DNA from: Rhizodiscina lignyota
Taxonomy: Eukaryota
DNA: 64,000 nucleotides
Direction: 5' to 3'
Assembly: GCA_010015805.1 (NCBI GenBank)
Contig: ML978145.1
Location: forward strand, 1-64,000
The notes under the pieces were generated by a model. The model had not been told where the DNA came from, made no database searches, and saw only the letters and a list, made by a program, of their open reading frames with translations. Of this stretch, positions 25,603 to 37,651 are shown piece after piece (position 1 is the first letter of the stretch; each line of letters starts with the position of its first letter). Both the position numbers and the translations under genes were made by a program.

Positions 25603-26336
25603 ATGGCACCTCTCCAGGTAGGAGATAAATTCCCCGATGGGGTGGTCTTCACGTACGTCCTTTCCTTCTTCCGAAATCGGCAATCTATTGTATACTACAA
25701 ACCTGCGCATTGCTCCTCAAAATGATGCCGCCACGGAGAAGTTTCGCTCGAAGACCGAATCACATGTTAACATGAGTTGATTGCTGACGCGTTCTGGTAA
25801 AGATGGGCGCCTTATGCGGACTTGGACGCGACGGCATGCGGCAGGCCGGAAGACTTCAACGCCAGTGAGGCGTTCAAGGGCAAGAAGGTTGTGCTCGTGA
25901 GCGTTCCTGGTGAGTGATGTTGTCCAGATTATTCCCTTTCACTTTCCATCTTTGATAACTCCAGATCTGAATATACTGATAATACCCAGGCGCCTTCACG
26001 CCCGGCTGCCAGGCCCTCCATCTCCCTCCGTATATCCAGAAGCTCGATGAGCTGTCCGGCAAAGGCGTCGACATGGTCGTGGTGATTGCCAGCAACGACG
26101 CGTGGGTCATGTCCGCATGGGGCAAGGTCAACCAGGTCTCTGGTGATAGCAAGATCAAGTTCATGTCTGACACCAAGACATTCTTCTCCAAGAGCTATGC
26201 CTGGTCGGGTATGGGCGATCGCAACGGCCGTTGGGCTATGGTCATCGATGACGGTGTTGTCAAGTATGCCGATGCGGACACGAAGCCAGGTACGGTGACG
26301 GTCAGTGGTGTGGATGCTGTGCTTGCGAAGCTTTGA
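25603..26336 (+). CDS. Type II peroxiredoxin (Prx5/Ahp1/Asp f3 family)
   Basis: VGDKFPDGV, ACG, KKVVLVSVP|GAFTPGC, NDAWVMSAW; 2 introns. Confidence 0.9.
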
Positions 26337-27011
26337 GAAATGATAACTGGACGGGGACGATACTACGAGGGCAAGGTCGATGTCGAGGATACTAGACTCG
26401 TATTCTGAAAACTTGATAGGGATAGTCAGCATTATGGAATGCAAAGAACCCTTCCTAAATTACTTCTAGCCAAGATTACAAGGCTGAATTGTGAGTCCAT
26501 ATGGATATCATGGGTGCTGTATTCCCCTTTAAGTCAGAACAGGTGGAGCCTCGCGCTCGGTCTCTAAACAACGCTTCGAGCTAGGACAATCTTCTTCAGA
26601 GTAAGAAAGAGTAACAAAGTGACCATCATAAGGTGATCAGTGGTATGTCCCGTCTCATTCGAACCGCTCATTCAGAGTGTAAACATCCAGAGCGGTAGAT
26701 ACTGGACGATAAGCTCTCTCTCACGCGCCATCGAAGAACAGTGAAGCTCTCCACATCAATTGACAGCGCATCAGAGGAATGAGAAGTGCTGTAGGTGGGG
26801 ATGGGCGCGGTTGGAATAAAAGAGAGAATCCCCTGTTGTCTTGAAATTTTATGGAATCACGGTACGCCGCGTGATGCCCGATTAGTCATTTCTTACCTAA
26901 TATTGACCTTACATGTACACCAGATGATATTGATGGCTGCAAAAGCTTCATCGAGCTTCAACATCGTCATACAACTCTTGCACGACAAGTCCATCTCTCG
27001 AGAGGGTAACC

Positions 27012-28976
27012 ATGGACTCCCTTGAAGGGACGTTGTGGGATGTCGTGCTATATGGCACCGGCATCCGACAGTCCCTTCTCGCACTGTGAGCACTTTGATT
27101 ATCATTCGCCATGCATCGTCTAACTAACTCAAGTACCTAAGAGCTCTATCGCGATCCGACAAGAAAATTCTCCATATCGATTCTCATCAATGGTATGGCG
27201 GTGCAGAAGCAGCGTTTAGCTTGCAAGAGGCGAAGACGTGGGTGGAGGGCATACAGCATGAACTAGGTATACGATATCACATGCTGCAACGACGTTAATC
27301 ATATTGACTCTCACAGAACACCCGCAATTCAAAAAAGCCAGTCTGCATCACCCAGAGCGAGATGACAGCCAAACCGATGCGCCAAAGCTCTCATACCCTC
27401 GCGCGTACAGTCTGGCTCTTGCGCCGCAGCTCATTTACGCTCGATCCGACCTCCTCCGCCTCCTCGTCTCTTCCAAGGTCGAAAAGCAGCTAGAATTCGT
27501 TGCTATTGGCAGCTGGTGGGTATATCAGAGCGCGCTAGCACCGCAAGGCTCGTCAGATGATGGTACAGCGGATGGCGGTGAGAGTTCGCGCAGTTCTCTG
27601 CTCCGCGTCCCCAGCAGCCGAGAAGACGTATTCGCAGACACCACTCTCGACCTCAATGGCCGAAGAAAATTGATGAAATTCCTCCGCTTCATCGCCAGGT
27701 TCGAAGACGAGCCGGACACATGGCAACAGCACGCGTCCAAGCCGTTTCCAGAGTTCCTCGAGCAGCAGTTTGGTATTCCAGTTGCCATTCAGAGCCCTCT
27801 CATCGCTCTCACCCTATCTCTTAAGCCTCCATCCGAAATCACGACGGAATTTGCTCTGTCGAAAATTGCGACACACTTGAGATCCATCGGCGTCTTTGGA
27901 CGAGGTTTTGGCGCTGTCATACCAAAATGGGGAGGGCTTTCCGAGATTGCGCAGGTTGCCTGCAGAGCGTGTGCCGTTGGAGGAGGTGTGTACGCTTTAG
28001 ATAACAGCATTATAGACAATGGTGCCTATGCTGCGGAAGAAGAGAGCCAGGATGGAGCAGATTCATCTTTCAAGATCAAGCTAAGCTCTGACGGAAGGGT
28101 CTCGACAAGATGGCTTGTTGGAGATGTGGAGGATCTTGGACTTGGATCAATGAAAGAAACATCTATCGGCGGAGGCGATTCCAGATCCGATACTGCGATA
28201 ATCGCCTCTCGATCAGTAACCGTGGTCTCGTCACCGCTGGGCTCGCTCTTCCCGCCTGTAGCAGAAGGCTCTCCACCACCCGCTGGTGCCGTCGTCTTCT
28301 TCCCCTCTGGTTCTCTCTGCACTGCTGGTTCTGAAGAGATCTCTCAGAATCATTCACCAGTCTACATACAAGTCCACTCGAACGATACAGGGGAATGTCC
28401 GAAGGGTCAAAGTAAGTCGCAACCCTCTCATGACTCCACGCTTCATGTCGCTATTCCATTTCCCAAGGATGATTCAACCTATGAATACTTATCTACATTA
28501 TCTGCAATTTGTTGATGAAACATATCTCTGACAACCTGATTCGGGATCTTTTAATTCTTTTGCTACCCGAAACGGAAAGAGTTCAGCGGAACTGACCAGA
28601 TACAGGTGTTCTCTACACCTTTACCGCCGAACTGGGCCCACCAGGCTTGCAGCTCCTCACGAATGCTATGACCGGGTTACTCGCGGCGGTGGAAGAAGAT
28701 CCGACTCCAATCGCGCTCTGGCAGATGCAGTACGAACAATCCTCGCAATGGGCAGATGCAGATCCACCGCATACTCTTCATGCAGTCAACAACGACCGGA
28801 TCATCTGTCTACCATCATCGTCGCCAGATCTGTCGTTCGACGATGCAATCATTGAAAACGTGCGTGATGCGTGGAAGCGTATTATGGGCGACGAAGTTGA
28901 CGATGCTTCGTTCATGGTATTCGAGGATCGTGAGGAGATGGCTGGAATTGATGAGGATGATGATGACTTGGGATGA
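27012..28976 (+). CDS. MRS6: Rab escort protein (Rab geranylgeranyltransferase component A, GDI family)
   Basis: MDSLEGTLWDVVLYGTG..QSLLAL|ALSRSDKKILHID..YGG; RVPSSREDVF; EIAQVACRACAVGGGVY; TGECPKGQ; acidic tail. Confidence 0.9.
28461..28546 (+). ncRNA. Intronic box C/D snoRNA, probable snR62/U34 homologue
   Basis: In intron 28412-28605: C-like AGGATGA 28466-72, guide CTTATCTACATTAT + D'-like CTGC, C' TTGATGA 28512-18, D CTGA 28536-39, terminal stem TCCC/GGGA; guide complements the LSU rRNA stretch AUAAUGUAGAUAAG as recalled. Confidence 0.75.
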
Positions 28977-29394
28977 GTTCATTAGTTACGTTAACCAAAC
29001 GTATTATGGATGATGAAGGCAATGATAACTTTGGATGATCGGCTCTACGAGGTGATGTAACGAGCATATGTACATTATGTGTACATTACGCAGAATCGCA
29101 CACGCTACATGATCAAGAGCAATTGAACACTATAACTGCAAATCCCGTTACCATGCCAGGCCAAGGTTTCGAGACACTGAATATTTATAATGTAAAGCAT
29201 CAATACAAAACAAATTACTCGAGTTTCCAATTGGTGGCTACTTTGAAGAAGAACAATTGCTCCTCCTTAGACGTTACACTTCGCCGCACGGTCAAGTATC
29301 ATATCAGGGTTAGACGGACATTTATCCATAAAACGCTTCAACCTGAACAAAGGAAAATGCTTCGAAATTCCACCCCAAATGACAAAATGAAAAG

Positions 29395-32300
29395 CTAATA
29401 ATACAAGCTAACAGTCTGACAGCTCTCCAACCTCATCAAATTAAGCAACTGCAAGCTACAACTCGTTGTCGTGCTCGTTGTGCTCGCCGCCCTCATGCTC
29501 GTCCCCACCACGCCCGCCGAATTCGTCGTCCTCACGTATGTTGTGACTAACCGCGCATTCACTATCGTCGCCGCCGCCGCAGTACTGTAGGTCAGCGTCG
29601 GCCCGCGCAGGTAACAACTCTTCTGATCTGTCAGCCATACCATCGCCGCACAGGGTGTTGTTGCGGTTGTGCGTGTCGTGCCGGATACTATTGTCGTGCC
29701 GTAGAGGGAGACGGTGGCACATCGGTCGATGCAGGCGGAGTAATTGGGAAGGGAGACGACGTAGTTGTTTGCGAGGTTGCTGCCGATGTCGGAGGAACAG
29801 CCGATGCGCCAGACACCCTTGGTGTTTGTATAGTATGATGCGTCGATGAGGGGGCAGGTTGTTGTTATTGGGGCGGTGGTGCTTGGGGATACGATGGCGG
29901 GGGTGGATGTTGCGATGGATGTGATGCTTGATATTGGTACGACAGGGGTGGATATCGCTGAACTGGTTGCTGGAATGGATGTTGTGAATAGCGTCGATGA
30001 TGAGATCATAGCGACCGCGGAGGAGGATAAAGCTACAAGTGGGATGCTGCTTGACTGTGGGGTGCTAGAGCTGGCCGGAAGAACAACCACGCTGCTTGAT
30101 GACTGTATAATGCTCGATACCGGAACACTGCTTGCCGGTGGCACGCTGCTCGATACTGAAAGACTTGTTGACGCGGGTAGACTTGTCGATGCAGGTACAG
30201 TGCTCGAGATTGGGACATTGCTGGACGCTAGAAGAATACTCGACGACTGGATGTTGCTTGTGGCTAGCACGCTGCTCAAAGCAGGCATACTCGTGGGCAC
30301 CGGTATGCTACTCGATGCTGGTAGATTTGTCGATGCTGATACACCGCTCGACACTGGTACGCTGCTTGATGTCGTGATACTACTTGAAGGTGCAAGACTG
30401 CTCGAAGCTGGTATGCTGCTCGAAATTGAGGAGCTTGATAGTCCGACTTGCGAAGAAGAACTACTTGGCATAGCACTGGAAGTGGAAGTATACTCCAAGC
30501 TTGATGACTCTAGTGTGGTGTAAATGATTGAAGTCTCCTCCGAGGAGGCTGAGGTGTTTGGCGCTGGAAGAGAAGTAGAGACCAGTGAGCTGCTCGCCGC
30601 TGTGGTAGAGCTGCTTATCTCCTGGGATGCTGAAAGCTCAAAGGCGCTCGACATCGACACCGGGAATGCGGACGCGGATTCAATAGATGAGGTGGAAATA
30701 CCAATGCTAAGTGACTCTTCGATAGAGTTCGGCAGCGTAATGGACTCAGATGCAACAGTAGAGCTTGCCTCGGAGCTGATTAAATGTTCCGAGGTTGTGT
30801 TAATCAACGAGGACAGAACTTCGCTTGTGGCGGCGACATTCGTGGACTGTGAGAGCGAGACATACGATTCGGATGTCTCAAGAGAAGAAAATGAGCTCAG
30901 CAGTATGCTCTCTAGTTCAGATGTAGAAATGCTAGATGTCGCAGGGACCTCAGACGTTTCAGACGGGGTGGGGCTTATCGGGAACCCAAATGACGAAGAT
31001 TCCATTCCGAGAGAAACTGTTGTTGACTCGATGTTGGGAGACGCTGAAGTTTTAATACTCAGCGTTACAGTTTGTATGGGTAAGGAATAGAGCTCTTCCG
31101 ATGAAAGAACGCTGAGTTCGCTGGGCGAGCTACGTTCTTCAGAAGCAGATGCGGTGATGAGTGCCGCAGTACTTCCTGTTTCCATGGAGAAAACGGAAAT
31201 ACTGGTAATATAGTCAGCGCTTGTGGCTTCGAAGATTGCATATTCCGAGCTGGACAGAGATTCAAGGCTCGAAAATAACATTGGGGCACTAGATGAAGAC
31301 TCCATGGTAGAAAACTCGGATGTTGGCGTCAAAGCAGACAAGCTCAGTTCCGAACTTGGACTGCTAGTAGAGAGCGTCGTGGTAGACTCTGTCAATAATT
31401 CCAAAGAGGAAGATGGTGATGCGAAACTCTCGAGCGACTCCATTGCGGACAATGAGAAGGACTCTTCCATTCCAGAAGTTGACAGGGACAAAAAATTGGG
31501 AAACCCTTGCGGTGTATTAGCGGTGACCGCAAGGCTAGATGTAGAGTACTCCGAGTCCGTTATTACTGGGATCGTGGGTTCAGTCCTCGAGGGAAGTTCG
31601 TTTGAAAGCTCAAATGAGACCTCAAAGCTCAGCGATGGGATTAACATTGTAGCACTCGACAGTTCAACAAATGCAGTATCCGCAGAGGATATGTCTTCCA
31701 AAGATGAAGCCATCTCTACAGAAGAGGTAGCCGCCATGGAAGACATTGTTTCGGAAAATATTTGAGCTTCCGAAGATAGGACCGTCTCCAGAGATGAGAT
31801 GACAAAAGTCGAAGTGCTTTCCTCAGATGATATGGCTTCCGAAGCAACGGAACCTTCGGCGGTAACTCCAGAGGAAGAGACAGCTAACTCAAAGTACGTC
31901 CCTGACGATTCCAGTCCCAGGGAGGGCGTCAATTCGGGAGAAGAAACCAATCCTGTAGAGGTCAATTCAAGAGTCGAAATCGGTTCCACGGAAGACGACT
32001 CCACTTGAACTGTCGTGCTCATTATCGCTGTGGTTGAATACATACCACTGTCGGGAGCTAATATTTGAATCGAAGACGGAGAGAAAAAAGATGATGCTGT
32101 CTCAAGAGGCTCAATGGAAGTACCGACGAGATTCGTGATGCTTGAAGCGACCTCGTTCGACATCATTTCATCAGAGCTCCCCGTGGAGGTCAGTGACAAT
32201 CCAGAAGACACGGTACTTAAAGGTGACTCGAGGCTCGAGCTTGGTTCTTCAGAGAGCGGCTCACTAGAACTCGTTGTCGAGACAGCCTGGGAACTCTCCA

Positions 32301-35300
32301 AGCTCTCCATTGGAGACAGCACAGAAGACAAGCTCAAGTCTGCTGAAACGGAAACCGAACTAAGCACCGGAGACGCTGCCGATGCTGCTGTTGAGAGGAT
32401 ATTGCCGGGCCCGTTCAAGATCCTGGGTCCGTGAAAAGCGTTCACGGGGCCATTGATGACCACCGTTGTTTCAGACGATAAATCCGTGGGTACCGATGAT
32501 GACATACTCATCGATTCAGTTGTTGACGTTATCGCGAGCGACAGAATTAGAGATGTGCTCTCCACAGATGACAAAGAAGAGCTGTCCGCAGTGACAGTCG
32601 AAGACGAAATCGCTTCAAGCACCGCCGAAGCCATCTCTGACTGGGACAAATCCGTAAAGGAAGACAGTGCCTCAGACATCAAGTAATCGGATGTAACCGC
32701 ACTGCTTGGTAGGGAAAGTATCGTCAAAAAACTGAGAGTTCCGGAAAACTCAGTTGGACTGCTCAGCGGGAGGCTCGCTCCAGTAACAGTTGTAACCGAA
32801 GAATTTGTGCCAATTTGTTCAGAGCTAGATGCAGACCCCACAATCATGCTGCCTGAGGACACCGATTGCTCTGTAGAAAAGGTAAACGGCGTGACCTCCG
32901 ACGCGCTAGATGTAGCAATATTACTTTGGTCGAGGCTGTAAGACAGCTCTGAAGCGGCTGAGGAGAATGATACCGCGATGGAAATGATGGACGTCTGTCC
33001 CGGACTAAGTGCGGTGGGAATCTGGCTGTCCGCTCCACTAAATGGAGACGAGAGTCCAGGACTTTCCACACCAGTTCCAATGGAGGCTAGTAGCGATGAT
33101 ATCGATTCAGGCGTGACTTCGAAGAATGATTGTATAGCACTGGAAGAAATGGATATGATTGAGTCTGTGATCAGCGCAGTTGGTAGGGAAGCTGGGGTTT
33201 CGGACAAGGCTGGCGAAGTTTGTTGCGTAAGCGGGGTATTGATTGTAGCTGCTGGCGATGCAGAGTACAAGCTGAAAATTGAATTGGAGATAATGGTTGT
33301 CAAAGTGGTAAGTGAAGCCAGTTCTTCGGAATTTGTTGTGGTTGCAGATTCCGCAGAGATAATAAAATTGCTGAAAGCTATGGTAAACGTTTGGGATTGC
33401 TGAGTAGGAAAGGTCGTCGTAACGAATGGAGACGTCAATAGAAATATCGAAGGAATGGCTGTCATCGGTTCAGAAGACAGCAAATATGAATAAGCAGTGC
33501 CCGGGGTCAAAATTGAGCCGCCACTGCTGAATTCAGATTCGGGCAACGTGAAACCGATCGACGTTACTGTAGCTGATACTATGGCTGTGGTGGTGGTAAC
33601 TGGGGGTGTTATGAGAGTTGGTAGAACAGTCGAGGTCATTGCTGATGATGGCAGAGGGCTTTCTAGGCTTGTAGTCGATGGAGTTGCGGATGGAGCACTA
33701 GCGGTCGAGGGCGTCGTGATTGAAACGGTATCCGGGGCGATATAACTTGAAAGGGCAGCAGTGTATTGAGTTCCGGCCGTGGTACCCACGGTGCCGGTCA
33801 AGACTGCATCCATGTTGTAGGATGATGAGAGCAAGCCTGGCCCCACTGTTGCCTCTGCCGCTGTGGAAGACGGAGGAACCGACTCGGTCGTTGCCTGTCC
33901 ATCTCTTATGAGATGAGCATCTGTCCGGGTTGCATCGATGGTGATCGTAGGCAGAGGAGCGCGACGAAATCTCCGGTGCGCTGATACTGGCGGAATCACG
34001 ATCACCGAAGTTGCCAGGCCCGAGGGGATATCCTTCAGCTCACAGTTACAGGTTGTTACTGGATCCAAGGACAATGATGCTCCGGTATCACCACTGGCCT
34101 GTCGCTTCATGTGGAGGAGATGCAGAAGGCCCAAATGTCTTCGATCCAATCGGAATAGGCGTCGACCTCCCTGGGCATCATTTCCAGTCTCCGAATAGGA
34201 AACATCGGTGCAATTGGGTGTGTTGCTACAATTTTGCATGCAAATGTCGAAGCCGCATCCAAATGTCGTCGTAATGTTACTCAAAACAGTCCCCGATCGG
34301 ACGATATAGCAGTTTATCTGGTATACGTCCCCAGCGACTGTCCAGTTTGACCCGCTGCTTTGGGGACAAGTTGGCCCTTGGTCCGACGTGGACAATGTCC
34401 CTGACCCACTCTCGCTGGTAGTGTTAGTCTCGTTGGTAGTGTTAGTCTCGATGTTGGCCGTGACTGGGAGAGTCGGCACGGGACTTGCAAGTGAGCCCGA
34501 AGAGCTTGAAGAGCTTTGGAAGGAGACCGTGGAACTCTGGGGGGAGCCCGTAGAATTCTGGGAGACTGTGGAACTCTGGGAGCTCGTGGAACCCTGGGAG
34601 CTGGTGGAACCCAGATTGTCTGATAGACGCCTCACAGACCATACAGAGTTAATTAAATATGCACCATAATCAGAATCCCTCATATCGCACGACCCCGGAC
34701 TGCCATCAGAGTATGCGGCATCGATACAGTTCGACTGTGATCCACAAAGCTGGATGCAATCACTGAAAGAGGACGCCGGAATCGTTCCAATATGGTCTCC
34801 AATTCGATCGATATAGCACTCAACAAGGAATGGCCCTCCATCCGTGGCCACCATCGTTCCGTTTGCGTCAGGACAGGTGAGCTCAAGCGATGTTGAGTTA
34901 GATGTTGAATTAAGCGATCCAACAGAAATAGACGTCTGCAAACTCAACTGCGAGGTCGCTGAGAGCAATTGTCCACTTGACTGTGGCGAAAAGAAAGTGT
35001 TTGCACTCGAAGAGACTCCTTGTCCACTTGACTGTGACGAGAAGAACGTGCTTGTGCTTGAAGAGACTCCTTGTCCAGCTGGCGACGATATCGGCATGGG
35101 TAAGGGGCTGGCCGACAACGAGAGCGTAATTAATGCGCTGATACTTTCAAACATTGGTGCTGTTGTTGTCTGAAAGATGTTGCTCGAGCTAATTGATATT
35201 GAAGAAATCTCGATGGTAACAAAACTCCCTGTGGATGGCGAATATGTGGGGTTGGAGCCAAAGTTCGACGAACCAAATGGAGAGCCAGATGAAGAGCCAG

Positions 35301-36767
35301 ATGAAGAGCCAAATGGAGAACCAAATGGAGAGCCAAATGAAGCACCAGATGGAGAGACAGATGAAGAACCAGAATTCGATGAACCAGATGAAGACCCAGA
35401 TGAAGAGCCAAATGGAGAGCCAGACGAAGAGCCAGAATTCGATGAACCAGATGGAAAATCAAATGAAGAGCCAGATGGAGAACCAGATGGAGAGCCAGAT
35501 GATGAGCCAGATGGAGAACCAGATGGAGAGCCAGATGATGAGCCAGATGATGAGCCAGATGATGAGCTAGATGATGAGCCAGATGATGACCGAAATGATG
35601 AACCAAATGGGGAACCAAATGGTGAGCCAGATGATGACCCAAATGGTGAGCTAAATGGTGAACCAAATGGAGAGCCAGACGATGAACCAGAATTCGATGA
35701 ACCAGATGAAGAACCAGATAAATAACCAGAGCCAGAAGTCGGTTGTGGTTCTGAAGCGGTCTTTGAAGCCTCAGCCGCAGCAGATTCGATTGCTTCAACT
35801 ATCCCTTCTGCATTCACGCTTGTCATAGTTTGTGCAGATGCCGATATGAGTGAGCCGCTACCAAGTAATAGCGACTCTGAGACCGAAGGAAAACCAGGAG
35901 TTTGGGAGCCAAATAAAGAAAGGCTCCAAATTCCGTTACTAGTTCGGAAACGTACAGGTGGAAGGCCAGCGCCCATAACCATCGCAGTACTAAGTGTGGA
36001 TCCTCCAACCACACTTGGAGAGCTGGGAGATATCGTCGCTTCATTGAGCGTGCTTAATGTTGTTCGCCCCAAACTTTGAGACTGATCTTGACGTACTACG
36101 AAGGTCGAGAATCCATTGAATGGCACAGAGGGCGAATCAGTCCCGGATATCGCCACTTGGTCAAGGAGGTATATTACGCCTTCAATGTGTTCCCAGTCTT
36201 TGCTCTGCAGGTCTATGGTTTGCTGCGCAACCATTTGATTCTCGCCTGTTCTTGTCGCGTAGAGGATAATTGGAGATAGAATCGCAACTGTCACGTCCAC
36301 AAGCCTGGTGGAGAAGGATGTGTCTCCAAAGACTGGCTGTGCAAGGGTATGTGGTGGAAAGACGGGTGAAGTAAGCGGAGATCCGGCATTTTGCGGCAAG
36401 ATCCTGTCGTCGGCATTGCCTTCATTGTTCTCTTCACTAGAAGCCACTACCGTTCCAAAGTCGTATCGGTCCTCATCCAGCCTCATATTTTGTATCCCAA
36501 GTAAACGTGGATGCGACGAAATGGATGGCATATTCGAGTACGCGGCCGGCGTAGAAGTTTCGACATCCTCGACGCGAGGCGAATCGTCGATGTGTGTTTC
36601 GTAAATGGTCGTCCATACTGTAATGGTCGATGTTTTGCGATGCTCGCAAGCAGGGAGCGAGCCTGTCCTTCGTGTTAACGCCAGAAATCGGGCGGGAGCC
36701 GTTTTCACTCACTTCTAGCAAAGCTGGTGAGAGCCCCCACTATGAGCCACACAAACCCAAGGTTCAT
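29395..36767 (-). CDS. Very large secreted Ser/Thr-rich mucin-like protein with three Cys-rich Apple/PAN-like domains
   Basis: Signal exon MNLGFVWLIVGALTSFAR (ATG 36767), intron 36663-36712 joins it to the 2437-aa ORF; CP...C..D...CI..C...C modules near 34870, 34370 and 29855. Confidence 0.8.
35250..35720 (-). repeat. 12-bp coding tandem repeat (SSSG/SPFG/SPSG) within the mucin
   Basis: gatgagccagat / aatggagagcca units repeated dozens of times. Confidence 0.9.
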
Positions 36768-37651
36768 ATCGCGAACGGCATGTTTGCTGGATACCGCAAA
36801 GCATCTGCAGTTCCTCCACACGTGATCCCAGCGCTAATCTGTGTCTCGCATTGTGAATTGGGAGTCGGAGGACGCGATTTATTGTATTTCGACGACGCGA
36901 GGTGGCTTCCGTGCTTGATAGGTTGCTGGGACGATAGTAGAATAGGAATTTTGGCTCTGGAGTTCTTCACGAAAAAATTGCATGGCACCGATTTGAAGCG
37001 AACATTCCTGGGCTGGAGAACAAAGAACATGAAGTCGAGGAATGCAACGTAGCCAAGACAGAGAACTACAACCGCTCAACGAAGAGAGCTGTCGAGAGTC
37101 AAAGTAGTAGCAAGAATACCATACCTACTACGTTGGACGGTCAACGAATTGATAATTCCTGTACGATTTCGAGACATGAGCTGGTTGATGCCAACGCGTC
37201 GCGTCTCGGCAGCCACGTGTGGCATTCCGTTCAATCATGGACAACATCCACGCCAACTGGGCTCTCGCAGATATGCCGAACATGGTGACATTTGTAGCGG
37301 CTGGCGAAGGAGGAGTATGAGGTTAAAAACGTCTGCTGCTGGGGCAAAGTTCCTTATATAGAGGATAGTTGGGCATTCGACCACGCGACAAGCGACCAGA
37401 GGATAAAGGGAAGGAGAGACGGTGAAATGCTTTTCCTCCCCGACACGAGCTCCTGGCTAGGCAGGGGGCCGATGCCGATTCCACATCCACCTGCAGGTTC
37501 GGTCATGCGATGGTGATTCCTTTAAAAGGGCAGGACTGTGGCCCTCGAGCATATGCATCTGGATTGCTCAGAGCTTGTGATTTGGTCATATTCAACAGTA
37601 TAGAGGAAAATTAGGAGAGAATGACTGACGGAACAAAATCCAGCGGCATCA

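Noticed and set aside
25652..25802. snoRNA in the 151-nt peroxiredoxin intron
   Set aside because: Only an imperfect ATGATGC box; the CTGA is the branch site; no recognisable guide
29846..35725. Many plus-strand ORFs, including the DEP-repeat ORF 35177-35725
   Set aside because: Antisense or alternative-frame shadows of the Ser-rich mucin and its 12-bp repeat
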